Source of the DNA: Tagaea sp.
GTDB taxonomy: Bacteria; Pseudomonadota; Alphaproteobacteria; CACIAM-22H2
DNA: 64,000 nucleotides
Direction: 5' to 3'
Assembly (NCBI GenBank): GCA_965279525.1
Contig: CBDIIB010000005.1
Coordinates: 448,001 to 512,000 of the forward strand
Of the stretch, positions 9,858 through 20,548 are shown in pieces. The position numbers and the translations under genes were made by a program. The stretch's first letter is position 1, and the number at the start of each line of letters is the position of its first letter. Below the pieces are notes generated by a model. The model did not search any database and was not told the DNA's origin. It was given only the letters and a program-made list of their open reading frames with translations.

Positions 9858-10633
9858 GAAGGTCTGTGCGGCATCTGGGGCTGTTCCTTGCTCTCGGCAC
9901 GCTTGCCGCGTCGGCGGCTGGCCAACCCGCCCCGGACACGCGACGCTCCGGCTTCGCGGACATGGGGCCTGCCCTGCAGGCGATCCAGCTCGACGATATG
10001 TCCAATCCCGCGATGCTGTGGATCGCCGAGGGCGAGCGCCTGTGGAACGCCGCCGCCGGCCGTGCGACGAAATCCTGCGCCGCCTGCCATGGTTCAGGCG
10101 AAAGCATGCGCGGGGTCGCCACGCGCTATCCGGCGTTCGACGACAGGATCGGTCACGCCGTCGATCTGGATGGCCGGATCGACCGCTGCCGCAGCCAATA
10201 CCAGCTTGCCGATCCGCCCGCGGCCGAGAGCCGGGAACGCGTGGCGCTGGCGGGTTTCGTCGCGCGGCAGTCGCGCGGGATGCCGATCTCTCCGCCGGCC
10301 GACACGCGTCTCGACGCGTTGGCGTCCGCAGGCGAAGCGCACTATCGTCGCCGCCAGGGCCAGCTCAACCTTTCATGCGCGCAATGTCACGACGAGCGCG
10401 CCGGGGGCAAGCTCGCCGGCGTGACGATCCCGCAGGCCCACCCGACCGGCTATCCGCTCTATCGTTCCGAATGGCAGGCCGTGGGCTCGCTGCAGCGCCG
10501 GCTGCGCAACTGCATGACCGGCGTGCGCGCCGAACCCTATGCGTTCGGTTCGCCGGAGTTTCTCGAACTCGAGATCTACCTGATGCGCCGGGCGGGCGGC
10601 ATGGCGTGGGAAACGCCTGCCGTCCGCCCCTGA
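9854..10633 (+). CDS. soxA: SoxA-like diheme cytochrome c
   Basis: Two CXXCH motifs (CAACH, CAQCH), YPLYR, and the active-site RRLRNCMTGVRAEP. Confidence 0.9.
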   Translation: MRRSVRHLGLFLALGTLAASAAGQPAPDTRRSGFADMGPALQAIQLDDMSNPAMLWIAEGERLWNAAAGRATKSCAACHGSGESMRGVATRYPAFDDRIGHAVDLDGRIDRCRSQYQLADPPAAESRERVALAGFVARQSRGMPISPPADTRLDALASAGEAHYRRRQGQLNLSCAQCHDERAGGKLAGVTIPQAHPTGYPLYRSEWQAVGSLQRRLRNCMTGVRAEPYAFGSPEFLELEIYLMRRAGGMAWETPAVRP

Positions 10634-10648
10634 CAGGCGCGGCCCCGG

Positions 10649-12613
10649 TCAGGCAGCCCGAACGGCGTCGAGGAAGGACGACACGCGCTTGCTCAGCGCG
10701 TCGGCCTGCGTCGCGACCTGGCCCGATGCGGACAGGACGCCGTTCGACGCGATCCCCGTTTCTTCTGCAGCAGAACGCACGCCGGTGATCGCGCGGTTCG
10801 TTTCCTCCACGCCCTGTGCTGCCTGCTCGACATTGCGGCCGATCTCCTGCGTGGCTGCCGTCTGCTCCTCGACTGCCGAAGCGACGGTCGCCGTCATCTC
10901 CGAAATGCCGCGCACGGCGACGCCGATGTCCGACATGGCCTTGACGACCCCACCGGTCTTCTCCTGGATGGCGCTGACCTGGGCCCCGATCTCCTCGGTC
11001 GCCTTGGCGGTCTGCGAGGCGAGCGTCTTGACCTCGTTGGCGACGACCGCGAACCCCTTGCCGGCATCGCCGGCGCGCGCGGCCTCGATCGTCGCGTTGA
11101 GCGCCAGCAGGTTCGTCTGCGACGCGATCGAGTTGATCAGCTTGACGACGTCACCGATGCGTTCGGCGACTTCGCTGAGCTCGCGCACGCGTGCCTCGCT
11201 CGTGGCGGCAAGCTCGGCCGTGCGATTTGCGTTCTCGCTCGACGTGGCGATCTGCCGGGAGATCTCCTTGATCGAGGCGGTCAGCTCTTCGGTCGCCGAT
11301 GCCACGGTCTGCACGTTGGACGACGCCTCGTTCGAACCGGCGGCGGCGGCGATCGAAAGGTCCTGGGCGGTCGCGGAGATGCGGGTCAGGTTCCGCGCCG
11401 TCGATTCGAGATCGGAGACCGACTTGGAAGTCGTGTCGAGGACTTCGGTGACGCCGGACTGGAACTCGTCCGTGATCGACGCCACCCGCTGGGCACGTTC
11501 GAGCTGTGCCATCTGCTGGCGGGTCGCCTGCGCCTCCAGTTCGCGCTGGGCGACCAGATTGTCGCGGAACACGATCAGGCTGCGTCCCATGTCGGCGACT
11601 TCGTCCTTGCCCTGCACGTCGACCGCGATGTCCACGTCGCCATTCCCGAGCTTGTTCATCTGAGACGTGATCTGCGCGATCGGTCCGGCGATGTATCCGG
11701 CGATGAGCAGGCTCAGCAGCACGACAACCGTGGCTATGATCGCCATCGACGCCCACAGGATCATGCTTGCCAGCCGAAGCCGCTCGGCGACCTCGGCCAT
11801 CGCGCGCTCGATGTCGGCCTTCTCCAGTTGCAGGAGCCGATCGACGATCGGCTCGACAGCCGCGAACGTGCGGCTGAGCTCGGTATTCCTCTGGTTCTTG
11901 TCGAAGGTCAAACGAACGTACTCGGCGAACGCGGCGACGTACTCGTTCGTGTTGGCCTCGATCTGCCTTTGTTGCGCAGGGTCCAGGCCGGCGGCCGACA
12001 GAACCGCGGCCAGCCGCGCGGTGTCGCGGGCGTGCGCGTCGACCTCGTTCTGCGTCTCGCGGAGCTGGAAATCCTTTTCGTGACGGCGCAGCTGGAGGAC
12101 GAGCACTACGACCGCATCGCGCCCGAGCTTGTTCAGCTCGGTCTCCGCGGTCTGCACGGCCCGACGCATGACTGCCTGTTGCCCCAGGTTCTGGTTGAGT
12201 CCGAGCCTCGTCATCGTCGCGGCAAGTTCGTCGAACGTCTTCGAGTAGACGGCGATGCCGGCGGCAAGCTGGTCGTAGACCGGCGCGTTCTGCGGGCCCG
12301 CAAGCCCCTTCAGGTGCGATATCGCCTTGTTGACGTTGCCGACGGCCTCGCGATGGCGCGCGACCTCCCTGTCGTCCCGCCGCAGCAGGAAGTCCTTCTC
12401 GTGCCGGCGCATCTGGAGCAGGAGCGTGTCGAATTCGCGCAACCCGTCCGCACGCGCTTCGCCCAGATCCCGCATCTCGGTTGCCGTGTCGGCAATGCGG
12501 GCCTGATAGCCGACCATGGCACCGAGCACCGCGAAACCAACCACCGAGATACCGGCCAGCAGCAGCAACTTCCTTCTGATTTTCAATCTTGCAAGGAACG
12601 CGCGCATTTTCAT
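10649..12613 (-). CDS. Methyl-accepting chemotaxis protein with HBM-like sensor domain
   Basis: Two TM segments; duplicated RRHEKDF motif; HAMP; [31 protein letters not shown]. Confidence 0.92.
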   Translation of the reverse strand: MKMRAFLARLKIRRKLLLLAGISVVGFAVLGAMVGYQARIADTATEMRDLGEARADGLREFDTLLLQMRRHEKDFLLRRDDREVARHREAVGNVNKAISHLKGLAGPQNAPVYDQLAAGIAVYSKTFDELAATMTRLGLNQNLGQQAVMRRAVQTAETELNKLGRDAVVVLVLQLRRHEKDFQLRETQNEVDAHARDTARLAAVLSAAGLDPAQQRQIEANTNEYVAAFAEYVRLTFDKNQRNTELSRTFAAVEPIVDRLLQLEKADIERAMAEVAERLRLASMILWASMAIIATVVVLLSLLIAGYIAGPIAQITSQMNKLGNGDVDIAVDVQGKDEVADMGRSLIVFRDNLVAQRELEAQATRQQMAQLERAQRVASITDEFQSGVTEVLDTTSKSVSDLESTARNLTRISATAQDLSIAAAAGSNEASSNVQTVASATEELTASIKEISRQIATSSENANRTAELAATSEARVRELSEVAERIGDVVKLINSIASQTNLLALNATIEAARAGDAGKGFAVVANEVKTLASQTAKATEEIGAQVSAIQEKTGGVVKAMSDIGVAVRGISEMTATVASAVEEQTAATQEIGRNVEQAAQGVEETNRAITGVRSAAEETGIASNGVLSASGQVATQADALSKRVSSFLDAVRAA

Positions 12614-12647
12614 CCTCCCGGGATGGTTGGCTTCGACGTTGACTTCG

Positions 12648-13385
12648 TCAGCAGGCCGTATGGACCTTGCGTGACGTAGCGCCGCCAGTGCCGGCGGCCG
12701 GCGTTCCGTCGCGGTACGGCACGACGGGCAGATCGTTGAACGTTTCAGGTGTTCCCCGGCCAAGATCGACGAAGGCGCGGAACATGACCGTGCGGTAGTT
12801 CGAGAAATCCGACTTGTCCCAGCTCCAGCCGAAATCGTCGAGTGGCGAGAAGACGACGTACACGTAGCGGACATCGTCGGAGCCGGACTGGTCGCGGACC
12901 GGCACGTTCAGCACCTCGAACAGCCGCTCGCGGCCGCGGTCGCTCGATGCGACGAGGTTGGTGACCATCGCGCATCCGTGCGCGGCGATCGCCACATAGG
13001 CCTCGGCTGCAGAGTTCCGGCGTGCGGCCGGAACCAGGTCGAGATAACGCCGGCCCGTCGGGTCGAGACCGATGAAACCGCAATACTCGGTCCCGGCCAG
13101 CCGGTAGACCGGATCGAGCGGATTCGAGATGTCGAGGATGGCCATGCGGGGCAGGCAGGTGCGCAGCGCGCCCGGATCGATCGACGCCCGGGTCGGCAAC
13201 TGCCCGCCAACCCGTTCCATTTCGGCGCGGAAATGACCCAGCAGCGTGCGGGAAGCCGCGTTCTTCAGCGTTGCATCGGCTTGCGCCAGGCTGTCGATCC
13301 GACATGCTGTCATTTCGCGCTTCCCCGGCAACTGCATGGTCCCCTGCGGGACCTCTTGTTTGGTAAAGACGTGGATAACCTTCAT
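12648..13385 (-). CDS. PAS_5-like stand-alone PAS domain protein (start uncertain)
   Basis: [20 protein letters not shown]...YRLAGTEY...DPTGR pattern. Confidence 0.7.
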   Translation of the reverse strand: MKVIHVFTKQEVPQGTMQLPGKREMTACRIDSLAQADATLKNAASRTLLGHFRAEMERVGGQLPTRASIDPGALRTCLPRMAILDISNPLDPVYRLAGTEYCGFIGLDPTGRRYLDLVPAARRNSAAEAYVAIAAHGCAMVTNLVASSDRGRERLFEVLNVPVRDQSGSDDVRYVYVVFSPLDDFGWSWDKSDFSNYRTVMFRAFVDLGRGTPETFNDLPVVPYRDGTPAAGTGGATSRKVHTAC

Positions 13386-13546
13386 TTGCCGTCCTCGCGA
13401 ACCGGCAGACGTATCCGCCGGAACGCCATTCGCGCAGACGCGATATACCTTCGTCTATTGGCCGGATACCGGGATGCGGACGCGCAACGAGGCATTGAGC
13501 CACCGGAGACCTCCCGCCACACTGGGCTCCTGAGGAAAGTGCCCAA

Positions 13547-14116
13547 ATGGCCCGGGAGTTCGCGATGAAAGACCATCTGATGGCTCCGGTCTCGATCGAG
13601 GTGATCCTGGACGGGGGCGGCATGGTCCTGCACCAGCAATGCGAACCGACATTCCCGGGAGCGCCGGACAGGCTCGTGGGCCGGGACATCGCGGCCTTGC
13701 TGCCGCTTGGCGAGGAGTCGGCATTGCGTCGCTGTCTTGGCAGAACCGTGCCGGCCGACGGTGCTTCCGGACTCGATCTCGTCGCATTTCCGGACGCGCG
13801 CCCGATGCTGTTGCGGTTCTACATCCTGCCGGACGGTGCGGGCAGCCGGCGCGTGCTGTTTTCGGCCGACGGCACCTTGAACGGCTTCAACGGCGTGCTG
13901 CGCGCGGCACTCGGGGCCGTCCACGAACTGAACAACACGATCGGGACGATCGCCGGCTTCGCCGACCTGTTGAAGGACGGGAGCCTGCCCGCCGACAAGT
14001 CGCGCCGCTATCTCGATCGGATAGAAACTTCGGTCCAGGAAGCGCGGGAAATCGGCGAGAAGCTGTCGCGCGACATGCGACGGCTCGCCGCCGAAACCGC
14101 GCGGGCGGCTACCTGA
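13547..14116 (+). CDS. Small protein with a degenerate PAS-like N-terminus and a C-terminal HisKA/DHp domain, no ATPase domain
   Basis: H-box VHELNNTIGTIAGFADLL followed by RYLDRIETS; stop follows the DHp helices; GAGGA SD. Confidence 0.65.
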   Translation: MAREFAMKDHLMAPVSIEVILDGGGMVLHQQCEPTFPGAPDRLVGRDIAALLPLGEESALRRCLGRTVPADGASGLDLVAFPDARPMLLRFYILPDGAGSRRVLFSADGTLNGFNGVLRAALGAVHELNNTIGTIAGFADLLKDGSLPADKSRRYLDRIETSVQEAREIGEKLSRDMRRLAAETARAAT

Positions 14117-14723
14117 CAAGGCCTTCTTTCAGCGCGAAGGTCGCAAGCTGGGTGCGGTTCTTGAGTTTCGTGCGGTCGAGGATGCGCGTGAGGTTCATCT
14201 TGATCGTGACTTCCTGGAGACCAAGTTCGCGCGCGATCTGCTTGTTCGAACGTCCGTCGGTGACGGAGCGGATGATCGCCATCTCGCGTTCCGAGAAACC
14301 CGCCGCGCGCCTTTCGTGAGCCTCGGAAACGCCCTTTTCGACCCGCGGGAAGTAGCTTCCGCCCGCGATGACCAGCCGGATTGCCGAGCACAGCAACCTC
14401 GTTTCGAGCGACTTGGGCAGGAACGCGTTGAAGCCCGCCTCCTGCACGAGAAGGACGGTGTTCGGATCGCTCTCGCCGGAAATGATCGCAAGCGGTCCTT
14501 CACCGACAAGTGCGCGCAACCGGACGGCCGCATCGCGAAGTTCGACACCGGGCATGTCGAGATCCATCAGCACGAGCGCGCAATCCACGTCGCCCTGCAG
14601 ATGGACCAGCATCTCGTCGAAGCTCGCCGCCCGCTGCCAGCTTGCGACGACGCCATCGCGCTCGAGAAGGCCGATCAGGGCCTCGACGAAGATCGGATGA
14701 TCGTCGGCAATGAGGATTCGCAT
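14109..14723 (-). CDS. NarL/LuxR family response regulator
   Basis: MRILIADDHP, LMDLDMPG, FSEREMAII..GRSNKQIARELG. Confidence 0.92.
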   Translation of the reverse strand: MRILIADDHPIFVEALIGLLERDGVVASWQRAASFDEMLVHLQGDVDCALVLMDLDMPGVELRDAAVRLRALVGEGPLAIISGESDPNTVLLVQEAGFNAFLPKSLETRLLCSAIRLVIAGGSYFPRVEKGVSEAHERRAAGFSEREMAIIRSVTDGRSNKQIARELGLQEVTIKMNLTRILDRTKLKNRTQLATFALKEGLVR

Positions 14724-14882
14724 CGGTTCCTGTCGTTCTCGACGGCTTGACCGGCACTGACAACCCGTTGAGCATACAATCAACAAGGCTGCGCCGGAAC
14801 GGTTGCGGGAAAACCGTCGACCAGTTCCGGCTTCAACGACCCAAAGGGAGGAATATATCTGAATTAACAATAATTTAGATAC

Positions 14883-17513
14883 ATGCCGCATGTTTCAGCG
14901 TCTCGGTCCGCCCCGCCTCCCCCAACTCCGCGAGAAACGCCGCCCGTGCTTCTCTGGCTCCTTTCCGGCACCTTTTCGGCCCTGACGGCGGCGATCTGCC
15001 TCGTTCTCGTGCGCTATCGCGCGGGCCGGCCGTGGCTGCTGTTTTTCGCCGTTTCGAGCGCGTTCTTCGCCATGACGGCGCTGCTCGCCGCCTACGTACC
15101 GAGCGTCGACGCGTCCCAGATCCGCATGCAGGGCACGATGCCTGCGATCCTGACGACGACGACCGGGTTCATCGTCTTCGCGGTCTATGCCGTCTTGAGC
15201 CTCGAGAACGCGAAACTCTCCCTTCGCCAGGCCACGCTCGTCACGATCGTCGCCGCTGCAACGCTGAATGCCGTCGATGCCGCCTTCGGCAGCAAGCTCG
15301 CGTTCGGATGCATCCTCGTCGGGAACGTCGCTTCAGGTGCGTACATCGCAAGCCGGCTCATGCGACGGGGGTCCGTCTTCTACGTCTTCGCCGGAGCCGT
15401 GTTCGCCGTGCGCGCGGCCAACGGCCTGCTGACGCTGATCGTCGGGCTCGGCCATCCCGATCCGCTGCTGGTCGAGATCATCCGCCATGTCAGCGTCGGC
15501 GCCAACCTGGCGACGGCGCTTTCGGTGCTGCTGATCGAGTTCGACGACACGCGCCGCAGCCTGATCGAGACGCGCGACACGCTGGCCATCGCGCTCGAGC
15601 GCACCGAGGCGCTGTCGCAGAGTCGCGCCGAAATCAACCGGCAGCTGGCATCCGTCCTCGACAGCACGCTCGTCGGGATCTATTCGGTGCGCGACGGTCG
15701 CGTCGTTTCGGCCAACCGGCGCGCCGAGGAGATGCTCGACGCGGGCGAAGGCGAGCTCGTCGGCAAACCGATCGGATCGCATTTCTCCGCGATTGACGCA
15801 TATCGCGATTTCGAGGCGCGCGCGGCAAGCCCGACGGAAAGCCGGATCCCGATTGCGGGCGAGTTCGAGATCCTGCGACCCGGCAGCGATACGCGCTGGA
15901 TTCTGCTTTCAGGCCGCGCCGCAACCGACGGTGCGGAGCCGGCGGAAAGCGTTTGGATGATGGTCGACATCTCCGATCGCAAGCTGGCCGAGCTGGCACT
16001 GCGCCAGAGCGAGCGGAAGTTCCAGTCCCTGTTCCGCGATTCGCCGATCGCGATGACGATCCGCGATTCTCGCGAACGCCGCATCATCCAGGTCAACCCG
16101 GCCTGGGAACGCCTGACCGGGTGGACGGCCATGGAAGCGTTCGGGCGGACCTCCGCGGAACTCGGCCTTTACGTCCGCGCTGCCGACCGCGACAGGGTCG
16201 CAGCCGCGCGCAGCCGGCAAGGTATCGACGAAGTGCAGGTGGACATCAAGACCAAGACAGGCGAGGTGAAGACCGTCCAGCTGCGCGGCAATCCGCTGGC
16301 TGGCTACGATCCGGACCTCTACATCGTCATGACGGTCGACATCACCGAACAGATCCGGCTCGAGACCCAATTGCGCCACGCCCAGAAGCTCGAGGCGATC
16401 GGCCAGCTCACCGGCGGCATCGCACACGATTTCAACAATCTTCTTGCCGTCATCCTCGGCAATCTCGAAGCACTGCAGAAGAATCTCGTCGGCAGCGAGC
16501 GTGCGCGACTCGACAAGGCGATCCTCGCCGCCGAGCGCGGCGCTTCGCTGACGCGCAACCTGCTTGCCTTCGCGAGACGCCAGCCGCTTGCCTCGAGCGC
16601 CGTTTCGATCCAGGCCGTCCTCGGCGACATGATGCCGCTGCTTCGCACTTTCGTCGACGACCGGATATCCCTCGATATTCGCATCGACGAGGATCCGCCG
16701 GCCGTCCAGATCGACGGCGGCATGCTTCAGAATGCAGTCATCAATCTGGTCGTCAATGCGCGCGATGCGCTGGCGCAGGGCGGGCGCATCGAGCTCGGCG
16801 TGGCCTGCCGCAAGTTCGACGCCGGGACGGTGCAGGGCAAGCGGAAGGTGCCGCCGGGCCGCTATGTCGAAGTGACCGTCGGCGACAACGGAACGGGTAT
16901 CGACGAGAAGCTGATCGATCGCATTTTCGAGCCTTTCTTCACCACGAAGGATCTGGGAAGCGGCACTGGCCTCGGGCTCAGCATGGTGCATGGGTTCGTC
17001 GAGCAGTCCGGCGGCCATCTGTGGGTCGAATCGGCGCTCGGGACGGGCACGAAAGTCCATCTGCTGTTTCCGGCGGCGGGCGTCGTGCTTCCGGCGCTGT
17101 CCGTGCCTGCCTCACCGGACTTGCCGGACGGAGCCGGGCGCCATGTCCTCGTCGTCGAGGACAATGCGGGGGTCGCCGCACTTGTCGGCGAAATTCTCGA
17201 CGGCTTCGGTTTCGCGACCAGCCTGATCCGGACGGCGCCGGAGGCCGTCGAGACGCTGCGCGGCGACGGGGCCATCGACATTCTCGTGACCGATATCGTA
17301 CTGCCCGGCAACATGAACGGCTGCCAGCTCGTCGAGGCGGCGCGTACGCTTCGCCCCGGCCTAGCCTGCATCCTGATGTCGGGCTATCCGCGCGATGCGC
17401 TCGAAAGCATGGATCTGCTCGACTCGGTACCCTTGCTGCGCAAGCCGTTCCGGTCAGCCGACATGGCCCAGGCGCTGCGCCAGGTACTCGCCGGACCCGA
17501 AGCGACACGCTGA
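14883..17513 (+). CDS. Membrane-bound hybrid histidine kinase (multi-TM, 2 PAS, HisKA, HATPase, REC)
   Basis: AHDFNNLL H-box, NLVVNARDA, FEPFFTTK, GTGLGLS, REC VLVVEDN..LVTDIVLPG. Confidence 0.93.
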   Translation: MPHVSASRSAPPPPTPRETPPVLLWLLSGTFSALTAAICLVLVRYRAGRPWLLFFAVSSAFFAMTALLAAYVPSVDASQIRMQGTMPAILTTTTGFIVFAVYAVLSLENAKLSLRQATLVTIVAAATLNAVDAAFGSKLAFGCILVGNVASGAYIASRLMRRGSVFYVFAGAVFAVRAANGLLTLIVGLGHPDPLLVEIIRHVSVGANLATALSVLLIEFDDTRRSLIETRDTLAIALERTEALSQSRAEINRQLASVLDSTLVGIYSVRDGRVVSANRRAEEMLDAGEGELVGKPIGSHFSAIDAYRDFEARAASPTESRIPIAGEFEILRPGSDTRWILLSGRAATDGAEPAESVWMMVDISDRKLAELALRQSERKFQSLFRDSPIAMTIRDSRERRIIQVNPAWERLTGWTAMEAFGRTSAELGLYVRAADRDRVAAARSRQGIDEVQVDIKTKTGEVKTVQLRGNPLAGYDPDLYIVMTVDITEQIRLETQLRHAQKLEAIGQLTGGIAHDFNNLLAVILGNLEALQKNLVGSERARLDKAILAAERGASLTRNLLAFARRQPLASSAVSIQAVLGDMMPLLRTFVDDRISLDIRIDEDPPAVQIDGGMLQNAVINLVVNARDALAQGGRIELGVACRKFDAGTVQGKRKVPPGRYVEVTVGDNGTGIDEKLIDRIFEPFFTTKDLGSGTGLGLSMVHGFVEQSGGHLWVESALGTGTKVHLLFPAAGVVLPALSVPASPDLPDGAGRHVLVVEDNAGVAALVGEILDGFGFATSLIRTAPEAVETLRGDGAIDILVTDIVLPGNMNGCQLVEAARTLRPGLACILMSGYPRDALESMDLLDSVPLLRKPFRSADMAQALRQVLAGPEATR

Positions 17514-17635
17514 CGCAGATACCGAGGTATATGCGCCGGGCAGGACGGCTAACCGCACCGAAAATGCCCGACCCGGTGACGGTTCGTTAACGACCTTGGC
17601 CCTATCAGACACGCCCCAAGACGAACGATGGATGC

Positions 17636-18259
17636 GTGAAAGTGACGATCGAGACTTGCCATGAATTCAAGCGGCGCCGCGACCTCTGGTTTGACGACAT
17701 CCTGGCCGGGCGCACCGACAGGATCGACAGGACGTTCGCGAAGTCTGGTGCTTCGAGTCCGTCCACGCTCTGGACGCCCAGGGCCGAGGAAGCCCAGACC
17801 GCGCCGATCCACCACCTGATCCGCTATTTCGAAGGGAAGATCGCGGCGGGCGCGCGCGCGGCGGCAGCATCTCTCGATCCGGCCGAGTTCCGGCCCGCAC
17901 TCGGTTACGTGAACGTCGTCGAGCCGGTCGACGGAGGCCGAGATTTCCGATTTCGCATTTTCGGAACGTTCGTCGCCGCGGTCACCGGCTGCGACCTGAC
18001 GGGCCAACTCCTGTCGCAGATGCCGGCAAGCGACTATGTCGTCGACCATGCGCTGGCCTGCTACCGCGCCGCCCATGCGCGCCGCCTGCCGCTCCTGACC
18101 TCGCGCATCCCGCTGGGTGCGGCGAACACGCGGCGCTGGGAACGGCTCCTGCTGCCGTTCGTCGATCCCTCCGGCGCCGTTTCGCGGCTGCTTGTCGGCA
18201 CCGTGCCGATCGGCGTGGCCGGCATGCCGATGCGCCCGCAGCTTCTGGCGGGCGCCTGA
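17636..18259 (+). CDS. PAS_5-like domain protein
   Basis: LDPAEFRPALGYVNVVE..DFRFRIFGT..DLTG..WERLLLPF. Confidence 0.75.
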   Translation: MKVTIETCHEFKRRRDLWFDDILAGRTDRIDRTFAKSGASSPSTLWTPRAEEAQTAPIHHLIRYFEGKIAAGARAAAASLDPAEFRPALGYVNVVEPVDGGRDFRFRIFGTFVAAVTGCDLTGQLLSQMPASDYVVDHALACYRAAHARRLPLLTSRIPLGAANTRRWERLLLPFVDPSGAVSRLLVGTVPIGVAGMPMRPQLLAGA

Positions 18260-18267
18260 CGGACGCG

Positions 18268-19800
18268 CTACGAGCCGATGTCGAAGGTGACGCCCTGGGC
18301 AAGCGGCAGCGTCGTGCCGTAGTTGATCGTGTTCGTGGCGCGGCGCATGTAGGCCTTCCACGAATCCGAGCCGGCCTCGCGTCCGCCGCCGGTCTCCTTC
18401 TCGCCGCCGAAGGCACCGCCGATTTCGGCACCCGACGGACCGATATTGACGTTGGCGATCCCGCAATCTGATCCCGCATCGGAGACGAAGCGCTCGGCCT
18501 CGCGCAGGTCGAGCGTGAAGATCGACGAGGACAGGCCGGCGGAAACACCGTTCTGGATCCCGATCGCCTCGTCGAGATCGCGGTAGCGCACGACATAGAG
18601 GATCGGCGCGAAGGTCTCGTGCAGCATCGGCCCCGCCTGCCGGGGCATCTCGACGATCGCCGGCCGGAAGTAGCAGGCGTCCGCCGGCAGGTCGGGCCGC
18701 GTGACGCGTTCGCCGCCATGGACCTTCCCGCCGAGCGACGCCGCTTCGCCTAGCGCCTTGCGTGCAGCCTCCAGGGCCGCCGCGTCGATCAGCGGGCCCA
18801 CAAGCGTGCCCGCCGCACGCGGATCGCCGATCGTCACGCCGGCATAGGCGCGCACGAGCCGCGGGACGAGCTTGTCGTAGACGCTTTCGTGGACGATCAG
18901 CCGGCGCAACGACGTGCAGCGCTGGCCCGCCGTGCCCATCGCGGCGAAAGCGATGGCACGCAAGGCGAGATCGAGATCCGCCGACGGCGCGACGATGGCC
19001 GCATTGTTGCCGCCCAGTTCGAGAATCGCGCGGGCAAAGCGTGTGGCAAGCCGGGCGCCGACTTCGCGCCCCATGCGTGTCGAACCCGTCGCCGAGACGA
19101 GCGGAACGAGCGGATGGGCGACCAGCGCTTCGCCGGGGATGCGCGCACCCGTCAGCACCTGATGCAGGCCGGTCGGCACGCCGCCGTGGCGGCGTGCGGC
19201 GGCATCGAATATCGCGGCGACGGCAAGCGCCGTCAGCGGGGTCTTCTCCGACGGCTTCCAGACGACCGCGTTGCCGCACACGAGGGCGAGTGCGGCGTTC
19301 CATGCCCAGACCGCGACAGGGAAATTGAACGCCGTGACGATCCCGCAGACACCCATCGGATGCCAGGTTTCCATCATGCGATGATTGGGCCGCTCGGTCG
19401 CGATCGTCAGACCGTGCAGCTGGCGCGAAAGGCCGACGGCAAAATCGCAGATGTCGATCATCTCCTGCACTTCGCCGAGTCCTTCGGACGCGATCTTGCC
19501 GGTCTCGATCGTGACCAGCATCCCGAGATCCGTCTTCGCCGCGCGAAGCGCTTCGCCGAGCAGACGCACGAACTCGCCGCGCTGGGGCGCCGGCACGCCG
19601 CGCCACTCGAGAAAAGCGCGATGGGCGGCTTCGATCGCCACATCCGACTCCGCCCGGCCGAACTCGCGCACGCGTCCGATTTCGGCCCCGGAAACCGGAC
19701 TGCGGGCGACGAGCGTGCCGCCCGAAAGGGCCGCCGGGTCGACGCCGAGGCGCTTCAGGATCGCGGTGGTTTCCGCATGGATTTCGGCAATCTGGGACAC
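18268..19800 (-). CDS. Aldehyde dehydrogenase, ALDH7/piperideine-6-carboxylate dehydrogenase-like
   Basis: EGLGEVQEMIDICDFAVGLSRQL, LELGGNN, GQRCT, SGAEIGGAFGGEKETGGGRE. Confidence 0.92.
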   Translation of the reverse strand: MSQIAEIHAETTAILKRLGVDPAALSGGTLVARSPVSGAEIGRVREFGRAESDVAIEAAHRAFLEWRGVPAPQRGEFVRLLGEALRAAKTDLGMLVTIETGKIASEGLGEVQEMIDICDFAVGLSRQLHGLTIATERPNHRMMETWHPMGVCGIVTAFNFPVAVWAWNAALALVCGNAVVWKPSEKTPLTALAVAAIFDAAARRHGGVPTGLHQVLTGARIPGEALVAHPLVPLVSATGSTRMGREVGARLATRFARAILELGGNNAAIVAPSADLDLALRAIAFAAMGTAGQRCTSLRRLIVHESVYDKLVPRLVRAYAGVTIGDPRAAGTLVGPLIDAAALEAARKALGEAASLGGKVHGGERVTRPDLPADACYFRPAIVEMPRQAGPMLHETFAPILYVVRYRDLDEAIGIQNGVSAGLSSSIFTLDLREAERFVSDAGSDCGIANVNIGPSGAEIGGAFGGEKETGGGREAGSDSWKAYMRRATNTINYGTTLPLAQGVTFDIGS

Positions 19801-20038
19801 TTCATATCTCCTGAGGCTCGCGGACGGTCGACTGCGCCGGGATATTGGAGAAGACCCGCCAGCCGGGCAAGACCGGGGTAGAGCCCCGGGCAGGCACCCG
19901 GCGGGGCAGCCAGGAAGCGTGATTTAGCCGGCAGACAGGCCCTGTTCCGGCCGGAAAAGGTTTTGAACCGCAGCACTTCGTGACAGGATCGATTCGCAGA
20001 TCCCGTTCGACACCGCACCCGACGGACCCTTCCGGCCG

Positions 20039-20542
20039 ATGACAACGCCCTACGCCGCCAGCACCGCGACCGGATCAACGTCCGCCTTCCCTGCCTTCGA
20101 GCCTTCCCGAATCGTCTCGCCGATGCTGCGACGGCTCCACGATTCCTGGCTCAAGGCCGCCGGGGACCGGCCGATGCCGGCACCGCGCGATTTCGATCCG
20201 GCGGATATCGCTTGGGCGGCGGACTTCCTGAGCGTGCACGAAGTGCGTCCCGGCAACGAGTTCCATTTCCGCATCGACGCGCCCCATACGGCGAACATTT
20301 TCGGCGCCGACATGACGGGAAAATCCCTTGCCGACTATTCCGAGCCGCGTGTCCGCGAGTTGATCCGTCACTCCCTGCTGAGCGTCGTGGCCAAGCGTGC
20401 GCCGGTGCTCGAGAAGCGCGACATCACGATCAGCCTGTGGCGCTGGGAATACGAGATCCTGCTCGTGCCCCTGTCCACCGACGGACAGAACGTCGACACG
20501 ATCTATTCGCTGCCGCAGATCGGATCCGAGATCCGCCGATAG
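20039..20542 (+). CDS. PAS_5-like domain protein
   Basis: LHDSW..MPAPRDFDPADI..FHFRI..DMTGK..YEILLVPLSTDG. Confidence 0.75.
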   Translation: MTTPYAASTATGSTSAFPAFEPSRIVSPMLRRLHDSWLKAAGDRPMPAPRDFDPADIAWAADFLSVHEVRPGNEFHFRIDAPHTANIFGADMTGKSLADYSEPRVRELIRHSLLSVVAKRAPVLEKRDITISLWRWEYEILLVPLSTDGQNVDTIYSLPQIGSEIRR

Positions 20543-20548
20543 TCCCGG

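Noticed and set aside
8633-10633. Calling this a canonical thiosulfate-oxidising Sox system
   Set aside because: SoxY lacks GGCGG and soxB/soxCD are absent from the locus
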